Below are positions 43,789 to 52,752 of a DNA stretch of 55,566 nt, in pieces. Under the pieces are notes generated by a model. It had not been told where the DNA came from. It was given only the letters and a program-made list of their open reading frames with translations, and did no database searches. Each line of letters begins with the position of its first letter. Within the stretch, counting starts at the first letter, position 1. The position numbers were made by a program, and so were the translations under genes. The stretch comes from an uncultured Candidatus Saccharibacteria bacterium (lineage in GTDB: Bacteria > Patescibacteriota > Saccharimonadia > Saccharimonadales > AWTP1-31): assembly GCA_903946795.1 (NCBI GenBank), contig CAJAXB010000073.1:1-55566 (forward strand). The letters run 5' to 3'.

Positions 43789-44398
43789 TAGAGGTATCTT
43801 GAATGCAGTTCGAGATGATAACTAGCTCTCTACTGACTGATTCTGGGGCGTCACTGCCGTGAACGAGATTATTATATTTATTGACACCAAGTTTACCTCG
43901 AATTGTTGTTTCATCCCTAACTTCATCAATATTCCAATGCCCAAGATGATTTCTCCATTTTTCTATCGCATCGCCGTTCGGGCTGTGTAAAAGTATTGCG
44001 GTTGTTGGAGCTGAACACATAAAATTAACGAATTCAGGCCAGCGTGTATCAAATTGATCACGATCTATTGGAGACTCTTTAAGCATATTTTCTTGAGGAC
44101 CACCTTCGTAGAATTCTTCGACGGTATCTTTGGTAAAATAAAAAGAAAACTTAGCAACAACTCCGAGCCCTTGTATCATTTCTTCTATTTTTTCTGCTGC
44201 TGCAAGATCTGATAAGTGCAAATTATTTGCATCTGGACCAACATTCGGCCTAATCATAGCTAATGTTATATTTCCTGCATTAATTTCATCTTGAAGTAAA
44301 GAATCATTAAGAATCTCTACAATATTTTTATACGCTTCTGGATAGATTTCTTTAGATGATCTATCAAGCTCAGTGCAATAATAGGGCGTTTTTTCCAT
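43772..44398 (-). CDS. ndk: Nucleoside diphosphate kinase family protein with an N-terminal extension; first gene of the operon
   Basis: ITLAMIRPNV (cf. TLAIIKPD), FVNFMCSAPTTAILL, and TTIRGKLGVNKYNNLVHGSDAPESVSRE with the catalytic His in NxxHGSD. Confidence 0.75.
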   Translation of the reverse strand: MEKTPYYCTELDRSSKEIYPEAYKNIVEILNDSLLQDEINAGNITLAMIRPNVGPDANNLHLSDLAAAEKIEEMIQGLGVVAKFSFYFTKDTVEEFYEGGPQENMLKESPIDRDQFDTRWPEFVNFMCSAPTTAILLHSPNGDAIEKWRNHLGHWNIDEVRDETTIRGKLGVNKYNNLVHGSDAPESVSRELVIISNCIQDTSNEQKA

Positions 44399-44544
44399 TT
44401 GTCAGTAGCTCCGTTTACTATTACAGCGCATTATAGCACAGCCATAAATTATATGCTTTAATATGTATTAATCTTCCTATTAAGTATACGTGTCTGCTAA
44501 TGGATGATAGTGCTTTTGTTTGAGTCACAAACTCATAAAACTAT

Positions 44545-45135
44545 ATGAGACGAATGAGCGATCACGAACATAAAACTAATAATAGAGAACTTCTCAACAC
44601 TATCAAAGGTATTTCTATTGCTAACATTGCAATTGGTGCAGCTGAACTTACCGCAGGAACTCTTACTCATAGTGCAACGCTCACGATGGCTGGTATGCAC
44701 GATATGTCAGATGGTGGACTTTATTTTCTGAAACGCAAAGCAGCAGGGGAGACCGACCCGATCAAGAAACGGCGATTGCGGCGCATCGGTGCAAGCGCGC
44801 TCATGTTCGTATCTCTTGGGCTTGGAGCTCATGAAATCCAGAGTCACGTTGACGGCGATAGTCCAACACCCGATCTTGCAGCAGGCGTTGTTGGTGTTGC
44901 TGCAGCAGCAGCCAACATAGCGGCAGCAGTCACAATGCATAACAAACGGCATAATCATGACGGAAAGGATACTTGGAAGCATATCGCCTATGTAGACCTG
45001 CCATCTGCGGGCGTGACCCTCGTCGCGACACCACTATCAGTAAAGTATCCTGGCGTTGATCTTGCAGGAAGTGTAGCAATTATGGGTCTCGCTTGTTCCG
45101 TGGGCCTTAGCACCTGGAAAGATTCAAAAAATTAA
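44545..45135 (+). CDS. Short cation-diffusion-facilitator-like membrane protein (TM domain only)
   Basis: ISIANIAIGAAELTAGTLTHSATLTMAGMHDMSDG resembles CDF TM1-TM2 (..K..AG..TGS.AL.ADA.H...D). It has 5-6 TM helices and no C-terminal cytoplasmic domain. Confidence 0.45.
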   Translation: MRRMSDHEHKTNNRELLNTIKGISIANIAIGAAELTAGTLTHSATLTMAGMHDMSDGGLYFLKRKAAGETDPIKKRRLRRIGASALMFVSLGLGAHEIQSHVDGDSPTPDLAAGVVGVAAAAANIAAAVTMHNKRHNHDGKDTWKHIAYVDLPSAGVTLVATPLSVKYPGVDLAGSVAIMGLACSVGLSTWKDSKN

Positions 45136-45180
45136 TAATAGATTACAATACTACATAGTACATAGATAGTAAGGCACAGT

Positions 45181-45828
45181 ATGACAGTAAAGAACGACTT
45201 TTATGCAGATAGACTTCTCCGTAAGCTCGATGTAAGCGATCCATTTTATGCGGCCTTTGAGGCACAAGATGTATCAAGAAATGTTGGCTTCGATTTTTCG
45301 AGCTTTCAAGATGTTGTTGATAGAGCACTTGATGAAATACGTGAAACGAAAGAAGCTTACTTTGACTCAGGCGAAGATGCAAAAGCGCATTTCGGTGATG
45401 AGCTAGCGGATATCATGTTCTCAGTTATTAATATCTATAGGCACGCAGATTTAAAAGACCCACCATCACTACATGTAATACGTAATGATGCTACAAAACA
45501 GCGTGCAAATGATACTGAAACAATGCAATTAATAGATGACATAGGTACACTAATTAAGCACACAGCTACAATAGCCGAAAATCATCCTAAAGATCTTCAA
45601 AAGTCTGCACAAGAACTATTTGATACAGGAACACAAAATTACATTGTTTTGGCGCAACGTAATGGTTTTGATCCGACAGTACTCTTGAAAGAAAATGTAC
45701 GAAAATATCTCTTGCGATGCCAGGCTGTTGAAAAATTAGCATCTGAAGAGCATAAATGCTGGGCTGATCTTGCACACAATAACGAAATCGTGAAGTACTG
45801 GCAAAAAGCTAAAACAAATCTGAAATAA
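45181..45828 (+). CDS. MazG-family nucleoside triphosphate pyrophosphohydrolase
   Basis: ALDEIRETKEA....HFGDELADIMFSVINIYRH (E..E...E..GD.LF-type MazG helix pair). Confidence 0.6.
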   Translation: MTVKNDFYADRLLRKLDVSDPFYAAFEAQDVSRNVGFDFSSFQDVVDRALDEIRETKEAYFDSGEDAKAHFGDELADIMFSVINIYRHADLKDPPSLHVIRNDATKQRANDTETMQLIDDIGTLIKHTATIAENHPKDLQKSAQELFDTGTQNYIVLAQRNGFDPTVLLKENVRKYLLRCQAVEKLASEEHKCWADLAHNNEIVKYWQKAKTNLK

Positions 45829-45896
45829 CGAGCGTGCAACAACACACTTATGCTTTTTACTAAACGGTGTTATAGTGACAACGGAGGATAATTAAC

Positions 45897-46376
45897 ATGT
45901 TAAAAACAGCATACTCGTTCTTTATAGGAATATTATTAGCAATCTTTGTAGGATTTGGTATCTCTGCCTTCTACACACAACCAAAGGCTCCGGAATTCCC
46001 GAACCAAGTAACCGGCGGTAAAGAACTGACCGAGCAAGAACGACAAGCTGAACAACAGTTTAACGTCGAGCAAAAAGAATGGGATAAGAAAATGAAACCC
46101 TACAACCGTAATGTTTCTATTATGACGCTGGTTGCAGCGACTATTCTGGTTACCATTAGCTTACTCTTTGATCGCAAGATTAAGGTCTTATCGGATGGCC
46201 TCATGCTTGGTGGTATCTTTACACTACTCTACAGCATTGGTCGTAGCTTCGCGGCACAAGACAGTAAATATACGTTCCTTACCGTAAGTATTGGTCTAGC
46301 CGTAGCGGTACTCCTTGGCTACTTCAGGTTTATTCGTCCTGAAAACGCTACCGCAACAAAATCTAAGCGTAAGTAA
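45897..46376 (+). CDS. Hypothetical membrane protein (4 TM)
   Basis: An SD ggagga upstream. Four hydrophobic helices with a charged loop QERQAEQQFNVEQKEWDKK. Confidence 0.65.
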   Translation: MLKTAYSFFIGILLAIFVGFGISAFYTQPKAPEFPNQVTGGKELTEQERQAEQQFNVEQKEWDKKMKPYNRNVSIMTLVAATILVTISLLFDRKIKVLSDGLMLGGIFTLLYSIGRSFAAQDSKYTFLTVSIGLAVAVLLGYFRFIRPENATATKSKRK

Positions 46377-46430
46377 TTAACTTAATCAGATAATTACTAT
46401 ACAATCTGGTTCAAACGTAATAGAGCGTAT

Positions 46431-47177
46431 ATGGAACAGATTCATCCAATATTTGAAAGCGTCGCAGAACTAGATTATGATCTTGCTTCTGCATGCAGTG
46501 AACTCTTTATTCCTGAAGAATATACCTTTGTACAGCCGAGCGATGTCTACACTGAAGACGATGCAGGCTTTCCACCAGAACCCAGCGAACTACTCACGGT
46601 TGTCGCGTCTTATATTGAATACGACTCTCGTGGCCTAAGCCAAGGTATTCGATCTAACTACATTAGTATCCATGAAGATCCTGTGCCAGACGCGGTCGTA
46701 GGTGATATCTATGAATCATATGTTGGCATGCTTCAAGATAGTTTTAAAACAATGCAACGCGGACTTCTCCAAGGAGTCCCTAAGCTTGGTGAATACCCGC
46801 ATTCAATGCGTCAATTCTGTCTTGAATCGACACAGAAAGAAGATCGCCGTTTGGTAGCAGCACACCTTATCGGCCGTACCGCTTCCAAAGGGGCGCTCAT
46901 TCAAGCCATAGCGTACCCGAGAGTACTTGACGACGAGATTGGTCTAGAGATTAGAGATTTTGCAGTATCCATACTGCCTGCAATGGACACTATCCGCAAA
47001 GAGCTCGAAGAATCAATGGATAATGAAGCCTTTTATCAGGCAGATGAGATATTTAAGTCTATCCTGCGCATGGATGGACGTATGCGTGTCATTGGTACTA
47101 TGGCAGCTGCATCAGTCCTTCCGGATGCTCAGATATTTAGAAATGGCATTAACTTCCAAAACTACTCCGAGAACTAG
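46431..47177 (+). CDS. Hypothetical acidic cytoplasmic protein
   Basis: A 248-codon ORF. No motif recognised. Confidence 0.6.
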   Translation: MEQIHPIFESVAELDYDLASACSELFIPEEYTFVQPSDVYTEDDAGFPPEPSELLTVVASYIEYDSRGLSQGIRSNYISIHEDPVPDAVVGDIYESYVGMLQDSFKTMQRGLLQGVPKLGEYPHSMRQFCLESTQKEDRRLVAAHLIGRTASKGALIQAIAYPRVLDDEIGLEIRDFAVSILPAMDTIRKELEESMDNEAFYQADEIFKSILRMDGRMRVIGTMAAASVLPDAQIFRNGINFQNYSEN

Positions 47178-47246
47178 CAAGTCACATACAAAACCATAAG
47201 CATTGTGGTGTATAGTAGCTATAGAGCTAATATAAGGAACATTTCT

Positions 47247-47897
47247 ATGGATAAGAATGAATCAATGCCAGAAGAAAAGAAAACACAAAGTACAAAAGAT
47301 TCAGCAGAGACAAAAAAGAAGATCGGGCTGATCGCATTAATACTTCTACTCATGGTCATATCTGCTGGATCAGTCTTCCTTTGGAAGAACAATGAGAATA
47401 AAGATGTAAAGAAAAAGAAAGATGCTGAGATTGCAGCACTCCAAAAAGCTAAAGATGACCTGCAAAAACAACTTACCGCAGCAAAAGAAACAGCAGCGTC
47501 AACTACAACTCCGGCTACGCCATGTACAGCGAAAGCACCGAGCGCAAGTGCTATAGAAAGTATTCAGGATTCAATTAAGTCCCGCAATACTGCAGCCCTA
47601 GAAGGCTATATGGCCCCCACAGTAAAAGTTATTATTGCAGCTTCAGGCGGAGTCGGAGATAGAACACCGACTCAAGCGGTCAGCGATATCTCTAGCTACA
47701 TCTCAAGCTCAACAGATCCTTGGAATTTTGCACTCGCTAAGGCTGAAACAGATGGCTATGCCAAAGGCTTCTACGGCAAATACTTCCCGAGCATTGCTGT
47801 CGTCGGTAAATCAGCAAATGGCATCGTCATCTCATTCTCATTCGACTGTAACGATAAAATAAATACCGTCTTCATGGCCGCAAAAGGTACACTGTAG
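47247..47897 (+). CDS. Hypothetical membrane-anchored protein with coiled-coil segment
   Basis: The ATG at 47247 follows aaggaa. One TM helix (IGLIALILLLMVISAGSVFLW), a KKKDAEIAALQKAKDDLQKQL segment, then a soluble domain. Confidence 0.6.
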   Translation: MDKNESMPEEKKTQSTKDSAETKKKIGLIALILLLMVISAGSVFLWKNNENKDVKKKKDAEIAALQKAKDDLQKQLTAAKETAASTTTPATPCTAKAPSASAIESIQDSIKSRNTAALEGYMAPTVKVIIAASGGVGDRTPTQAVSDISSYISSSTDPWNFALAKAETDGYAKGFYGKYFPSIAVVGKSANGIVISFSFDCNDKINTVFMAAKGTL

Positions 47898-47974
47898 GCG
47901 GTTAGCCCAAACACCTTGTTTGACGCATAAAGAATATTGCGTATATTACAACCTTGTTGTATAATATACAGATT

Positions 47975-48487
47975 ATGAAGAATGTTCTAAACTGTGATCT
48001 TTTTATCAATCCACTCTACATGGATACACTTTCTGGTGAATTCCAGGCTACTGCTACTCCTGAAAAACTCCATACACTCGGACGCCTTGCTGTTACCACA
48101 TTCAATACAGGTAAACAGGTTGAACCAACGCATGAAGATAAAGACCTTGTTGGTCGAATAGGTGAAATCAGTGCAATTACAATGCGTACAAATGAATTCG
48201 GTACTGACGTAGAATCTAAACTACTTCTCCGTGCAGACGCTCGTCTTCATACGATTCAATACGCAACTGGACTTATTCTGAAGAAAAAAGATGCTTCAAT
48301 TGCATTTATAGATAAAGACCCCGCAATAATTGGAAATACTATAGACCATTTACTTATCCAAACGATTGATTTCGACAAGAGTCAAGAACCATATCGTGAA
48401 ACACGTTATGAGCTTCCTCTAGCAATCAACGATATAGACAATGCACGAACTATTGCAACGACGCTTGCACAAGGATTCGTAAATTAA
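47975..48487 (+). CDS. Hypothetical protein (possibly leaderless mRNA)
   Basis: A TTGCGT-17-TATAAT element (47937-47965) ends 9 nt before the ATG at 47975. The ORF-track TTG start at 47954 lies inside that promoter-like element. Confidence 0.55.
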   Translation: MKNVLNCDLFINPLYMDTLSGEFQATATPEKLHTLGRLAVTTFNTGKQVEPTHEDKDLVGRIGEISAITMRTNEFGTDVESKLLLRADARLHTIQYATGLILKKKDASIAFIDKDPAIIGNTIDHLLIQTIDFDKSQEPYRETRYELPLAINDIDNARTIATTLAQGFVN

Positions 48488-48499
48488 GAAGCCAACACG

Positions 48500-48817
48500 A
48501 TGCAGACTCCTGAAAACGCATACCGTAAACTTGATCATATTGTCATGAACGGTACTGAAGTACAAGAGGGCTTTGAAAATTTAAAAGGTCCTTTACAGGA
48601 AGTGGGTGCACTAGGCGCTATAATGGATTTTATTCTTAATGCCAATATTAATCTCGTAATTGAGGATGGTCCCCTGAATCCATTTCAACTACAGCATGAT
48701 CTTAGCGAACAAGAAATTTTACTAGATGAAGCTATAGCTAACCTTAAAACCTTAATGAGACAAAGCTACGTTGAAGCTATTGAAGATCACCTTAATGCTT
48801 CAAGAGAAGAAAACTAA
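48500..48817 (+). CDS. Hypothetical small acidic protein
   Basis: A 105-codon ORF that follows the previous gene by 12 nt. No motif recognised. Confidence 0.5.
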   Translation: MQTPENAYRKLDHIVMNGTEVQEGFENLKGPLQEVGALGAIMDFILNANINLVIEDGPLNPFQLQHDLSEQEILLDEAIANLKTLMRQSYVEAIEDHLNASREEN

Positions 48818-49263
48818 GTAGCTTGATCAGATCTTCGCTCTAGCGCGATATATAAGCTCGAGCATAGGAAGATTCCGAGTAGACCTGCAATAGAATCAAT
48901 AAAGACATCCCGCAGTTCGCTACTCCTTCCAGTTACAAACTTCTGATGAAACTCATCCGAAATAGCATACAAAAATACAAAGAGCAGGGAATAGAGTATT
49001 CTTTTACGATCGCTAAGCTTAAACTCTCTACTTAAGCTATATACCATAATGCCTAGTATGAAATAAAGAAACATGTGAGCAGACTTACGTACAAGAAACG
49101 TTGCAATTCCTTGCGATGCAGGTACATACGTTTCAATAGGCTCAACGAATATCCTACTTAATGATGAAGAGTCCTGAGCGACCTGATTAGAAAAGAGAAA
49201 TATAGCCAGTAACCAAATAAAGACTGCAGTACTTTTTAATATAGTAAAATACTTCTTATTCAT
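48814..49263 (-). CDS. VanZ-family membrane protein
   Basis: Four TM helices and the SDEFHQKFVTGRSSELRDVFIDSIAG signature of VanZ-like proteins. Confidence 0.75.
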   Translation of the reverse strand: MNKKYFTILKSTAVFIWLLAIFLFSNQVAQDSSSLSRIFVEPIETYVPASQGIATFLVRKSAHMFLYFILGIMVYSLSREFKLSDRKRILYSLLFVFLYAISDEFHQKFVTGRSSELRDVFIDSIAGLLGIFLCSSLYIALERRSDQAT

Positions 49264-49282
49264 GAACTATATAGGTATTCAC

Positions 49283-50818
49283 TTATTTCGTTATTTTCAA
49301 TTTACCAGAGCTTCGCAATCCATGAAGAATACTTTGCCTGAAGTATTTAAATTCAGATGACTTATAAAATGTCGCTGTCAGTATAAGACCAGTTACTGTT
49401 ATGCATGAAATACTTTTTAGCAGCAAAGTTAACAATGCATATTTAGAATTAATATTTATACTTAAAATATAATTTATTGAAACAATTAAAGCAGTGGCCA
49501 GTAACTGGGTAAAAAAAGTTTGATAATATTTCATTGATCTTTTTTTAAATAATACTTTGTAAACGTATTTTGGGTAACTGTATAAATGTAGGAAGAGAAT
49601 ACTTAGCATCGTTCCCAAAAAGACACCTGAAAGCCCAAAAAATTTAACAAAAATTATTGAAAAAATTAAATTAATAAAGGCTTCAATTACTGGCATGTAT
49701 CTATCTTCATGAAAAATACCAGTGGCATCTTTAAAGCTCATAATCGGAGCTCTCATTAATGTAAGATATAGGTTAATCGTGAGTACAACAAGAACCACCT
49801 CTGATAGTAGAAATTGCTTACCGAGCCATAAAGCAACAAACCCTTGCATTAGAATAAAAAATAACGAAGTAACAAAAACGCTTAAGCAATACACTGCAAA
49901 ATTTATTCGCTGATAAACAATTAATGCCCGCTTACTGGATTGAACCATCATATTGCCCACGCTAGAGGTTACGGCATTTGCTGTTTGACCAAAAACAAGA
50001 ACTAAAGCAGCAATCACTAAATAATAATTACTGTAAAGCCCAACAGCACTTATGCCAAGGAAAAAAGCAATTACAATATTATCAGTATTAAGAACTGCAT
50101 AGCTTGCAAACTTATGAAATGATAGCCCCTTGATGCTTTTAACAATGTTATTTCGCGTTACTAAATCTAATTTCTTAACGTTCTTTTCTGTAATGTAAGG
50201 ATATTTTTTAGCAGTTAATAGGCTCAATATTAGATTCTCGACTATTCGCATAACTATCTTGATACCTAGGTATAGGTAAAAATTATTTGTTAAAATTAAT
50301 ATAGCGATTTGGCAGAGATTGAGTGCAATCATATAGATTACATGGATTATATCGATTAGGTATTGTTTTTGATCTGCATAAAGTAATGATCGCTTATAAA
50401 TTAAATAGTACGAAAGTATCGCATCTAATAAAAATAGGTAATAGATCAATACAATGTTTTCATTAATATTTTGTGATCCTACATACCTATACACAAAAGC
50501 TGATGAGATAATTCCAATAATACCAATCACTAAAGCAACAAGCCTATAGGTTTTCTTATAGAAGCCAACTAGAGATTTTACTTTCTCATGGTCGTTGTTG
50601 TGCATTGGCTTATATAGCTGATAATAAATTGCACTGCCTAGGCCTAATTCGGCTATGCCTAGCATTGCAACAAGGTTTGATATAAGCCCGTTTATGCCAA
50701 GATATTTCACTCCAAGCGTATTAACAAAAATACGCTGTGCAAAAAGTCCAATTGTAATTATTAGAGCATTTGACAACAAAGCAATCAATATATTTTTTTT
50801 GGCAGCTCTTGTCCTCAT
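49283..50818 (-). CDS. Wzx-type oligosaccharide flippase (MOP superfamily)
   Basis: About 12-14 TM helices with the typical N-terminus ..KKNILIALLSNALIITIGLFAQRIFVNTLGVKYLGINGL. The ATG at 50818 is preferred; the alternative is 50851. Confidence 0.75.
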   Translation of the reverse strand: MRTRAAKKNILIALLSNALIITIGLFAQRIFVNTLGVKYLGINGLISNLVAMLGIAELGLGSAIYYQLYKPMHNNDHEKVKSLVGFYKKTYRLVALVIGIIGIISSAFVYRYVGSQNINENIVLIYYLFLLDAILSYYLIYKRSLLYADQKQYLIDIIHVIYMIALNLCQIAILILTNNFYLYLGIKIVMRIVENLILSLLTAKKYPYITEKNVKKLDLVTRNNIVKSIKGLSFHKFASYAVLNTDNIVIAFFLGISAVGLYSNYYLVIAALVLVFGQTANAVTSSVGNMMVQSSKRALIVYQRINFAVYCLSVFVTSLFFILMQGFVALWLGKQFLLSEVVLVVLTINLYLTLMRAPIMSFKDATGIFHEDRYMPVIEAFINLIFSIIFVKFFGLSGVFLGTMLSILFLHLYSYPKYVYKVLFKKRSMKYYQTFFTQLLATALIVSINYILSININSKYALLTLLLKSISCITVTGLILTATFYKSSEFKYFRQSILHGLRSSGKLKITK

Positions 50819-50822
50819 TGCT

Positions 50823-51914
50823 TTACAATTGTCCTGTATATAGGCGCTCAACGCTATGAATAGTTATATTAATATCGTGATTGCTTTCTTTAAGATTTAT
50901 ATCTTTCTGCGGAAGAACCCTTGGAGCAATCAGCTCAACCCAGCATTCAGGACCAGCGTCTATACTTATAAATTTAGTGCTTGTAAGCAACTTTGTTGAC
51001 CGATCAATTCTATCGCTAAATATACATTTTAATCCGTTAGCCTGGGCCTCGATTGCAGCAACCGGTACGCCCTCCCAAAATGAAGGCATAATAAAAACAT
51101 CCATGGCGCTATACAGTGGTGCAACATTATCTGATTTACCATAAAATATGATATTATTTTGTAATTTCATATTCTTAGCCTGAATATATACCGACTCGCG
51201 AAGTACTCCGTCTCCTACTAGCAGTAGTTTAATATCTTTTCCGATAGATTTTGAATACTGTAATAATTCAAGCATAAAATTATGGTTTTTAACTTTTTCG
51301 ATTCTTCCAACATTACCAACTAATATAGTATTTTTATCTAGTCCAAGTTTTTTTCTAATGTCTTTTCTGTTTTGTTCACTAAACCTAAAGGTGTCTGTAT
51401 TTATGCTGTTGGGTATAATCGTATAATAATTATTTCCAAAAAGTGAAAGTCCGGCTTGATTACCACATGATACTTTTATGTTAGAAAATATATTAATTAA
51501 ATACTTCGATATTATTATATATATGCGCCGGCTGATTTGCTGGTTAGCTTCATTTTTTGCAGTATGAGAATGTGCAATTCTTAAAGGAACTTGCATAATT
51601 TTTGCTACTCCTAATGGGAGGAATGAACTTAGATATGTATGTGTCTCAACAACATCTATATTTTCTTTTTTAATAATCTCTCTTATTTTATTAGCATAGG
51701 ATAAGATATTTCTTATATTTAAAGCACCAATTTTATACATACTAAAACCTAGTGATATGATTTCTTGCTCATAGTCGTATACTATATTGTCGTGACAAAC
51801 GAAAATGAGATTAAATTTAGATTTATCAATACGCCTTGCTATATTGATCAAGTAGGTCTCGCTTCCTCCTCGGTTCATACCGCCAATAATTAATAGTACG
51901 TTATTTTTTTTCAT
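50823..51914 (-). CDS. Glycosyltransferase family 4
   Basis: N-terminus VLLIIGGMNRGGSETY. The C-domain reads PSFWEGVPVAAIEAQANGLKCIFSD. Confidence 0.8.
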   Translation of the reverse strand: MKKNNVLLIIGGMNRGGSETYLINIARRIDKSKFNLIFVCHDNIVYDYEQEIISLGFSMYKIGALNIRNILSYANKIREIIKKENIDVVETHTYLSSFLPLGVAKIMQVPLRIAHSHTAKNEANQQISRRIYIIISKYLINIFSNIKVSCGNQAGLSLFGNNYYTIIPNSINTDTFRFSEQNRKDIRKKLGLDKNTILVGNVGRIEKVKNHNFMLELLQYSKSIGKDIKLLLVGDGVLRESVYIQAKNMKLQNNIIFYGKSDNVAPLYSAMDVFIMPSFWEGVPVAAIEAQANGLKCIFSDRIDRSTKLLTSTKFISIDAGPECWVELIAPRVLPQKDINLKESNHDINITIHSVERLYTGQL

Positions 51915-52752
51915 AGTCGATATACTTATTTAAATAATCGTATTTATCTTTATTATCTTGACCCAGTACAAATCTTGCCCTATAAGACCGTACGAATATT
52001 ACAGGAAGTAATCCTGCAATTATTGACTTAGCGATTTTTAGATAATCAAATATGCTAGCTTTTAATTTAGGAAAATATATTAGTTTTGCTTTAATCTCGT
52101 ATTTACGCGCTCTCAGGCTTCTTTTCTTATAGTCTAAAGGATTGACCCTGTAAAGGAACAATACTTCATCAATACAGTAAAGCTTTCCTTTATTTAATAA
52201 AATATCACTCCATAGAACAAAATCTTGGGATCTACGATAGTCTTTATACATTCCAATCTTAGTTAACGTTGACCTTTTAATAATGGTTGATGCGTGAACA
52301 AGCATATCGCCGTTAATAATGTTCTTCTCTGTTTTTTCACCGGGAGACCCTATAGACCCATGCATTGTATTATCACTAAACTCAACTGCTAAACTACCGA
52401 CAGCATCATATTGAGGGTTTTCTTCTATGAACTTATAAATTTTTTCTATTCTATCAACAGTACAAAGATCATCTGTGTCCATCCGAACTATGTATTTTCC
52501 TTGAGCTATCTTTATGCCCTCATTTAGAGCTAACGCAAAGCCCATATTTTTATCGTTACGAACAACTCTAATTCTATTATCATTAAATTCTCTAATAATA
52601 CTATTAATATTATTTATGCCATTATCGTCAACTATTATTATTTCAAAGTCCTGAAAGGTTTGATTAATAATTGATTTTATAGCTTGAATAAGATACTCCC
52701 GCTTTGTGTTAAACTCTGCCATTACAACTGAAACTTTTATATTATTTTTCAT
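51901..52752 (-). CDS. Glycosyltransferase family 2
   Basis: VSVVMAEFNTKREYLIQAIKSIINQTFQDFEIIIVDDNG and the DxD-type RMDTDD. Confidence 0.85.
   Translation of the reverse strand: MKNNIKVSVVMAEFNTKREYLIQAIKSIINQTFQDFEIIIVDDNGINNINSIIREFNDNRIRVVRNDKNMGFALALNEGIKIAQGKYIVRMDTDDLCTVDRIEKIYKFIEENPQYDAVGSLAVEFSDNTMHGSIGSPGEKTEKNIINGDMLVHASTIIKRSTLTKIGMYKDYRRSQDFVLWSDILLNKGKLYCIDEVLFLYRVNPLDYKKRSLRARKYEIKAKLIYFPKLKASIFDYLKIAKSIIAGLLPVIFVRSYRARFVLGQDNKDKYDYLNKYIDYEKK

Noticed and set aside
44707-44982. A 91-codon minus-strand ORF, and 45143-45382 (minus strand).
   Set aside because: They overlap the CDF-like membrane gene and the MazG gene start region respectively. They have no SD or motifs.
37777-45828. 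An integrative element at tRNA-Gln (genomic island with att sites).
   Set aside because: No integrase, recombinase or excisionase ORF is present, and I could not find a direct repeat of the tRNA-Gln 3' end downstream by eye. Only the compositional and functional oddity is reported.
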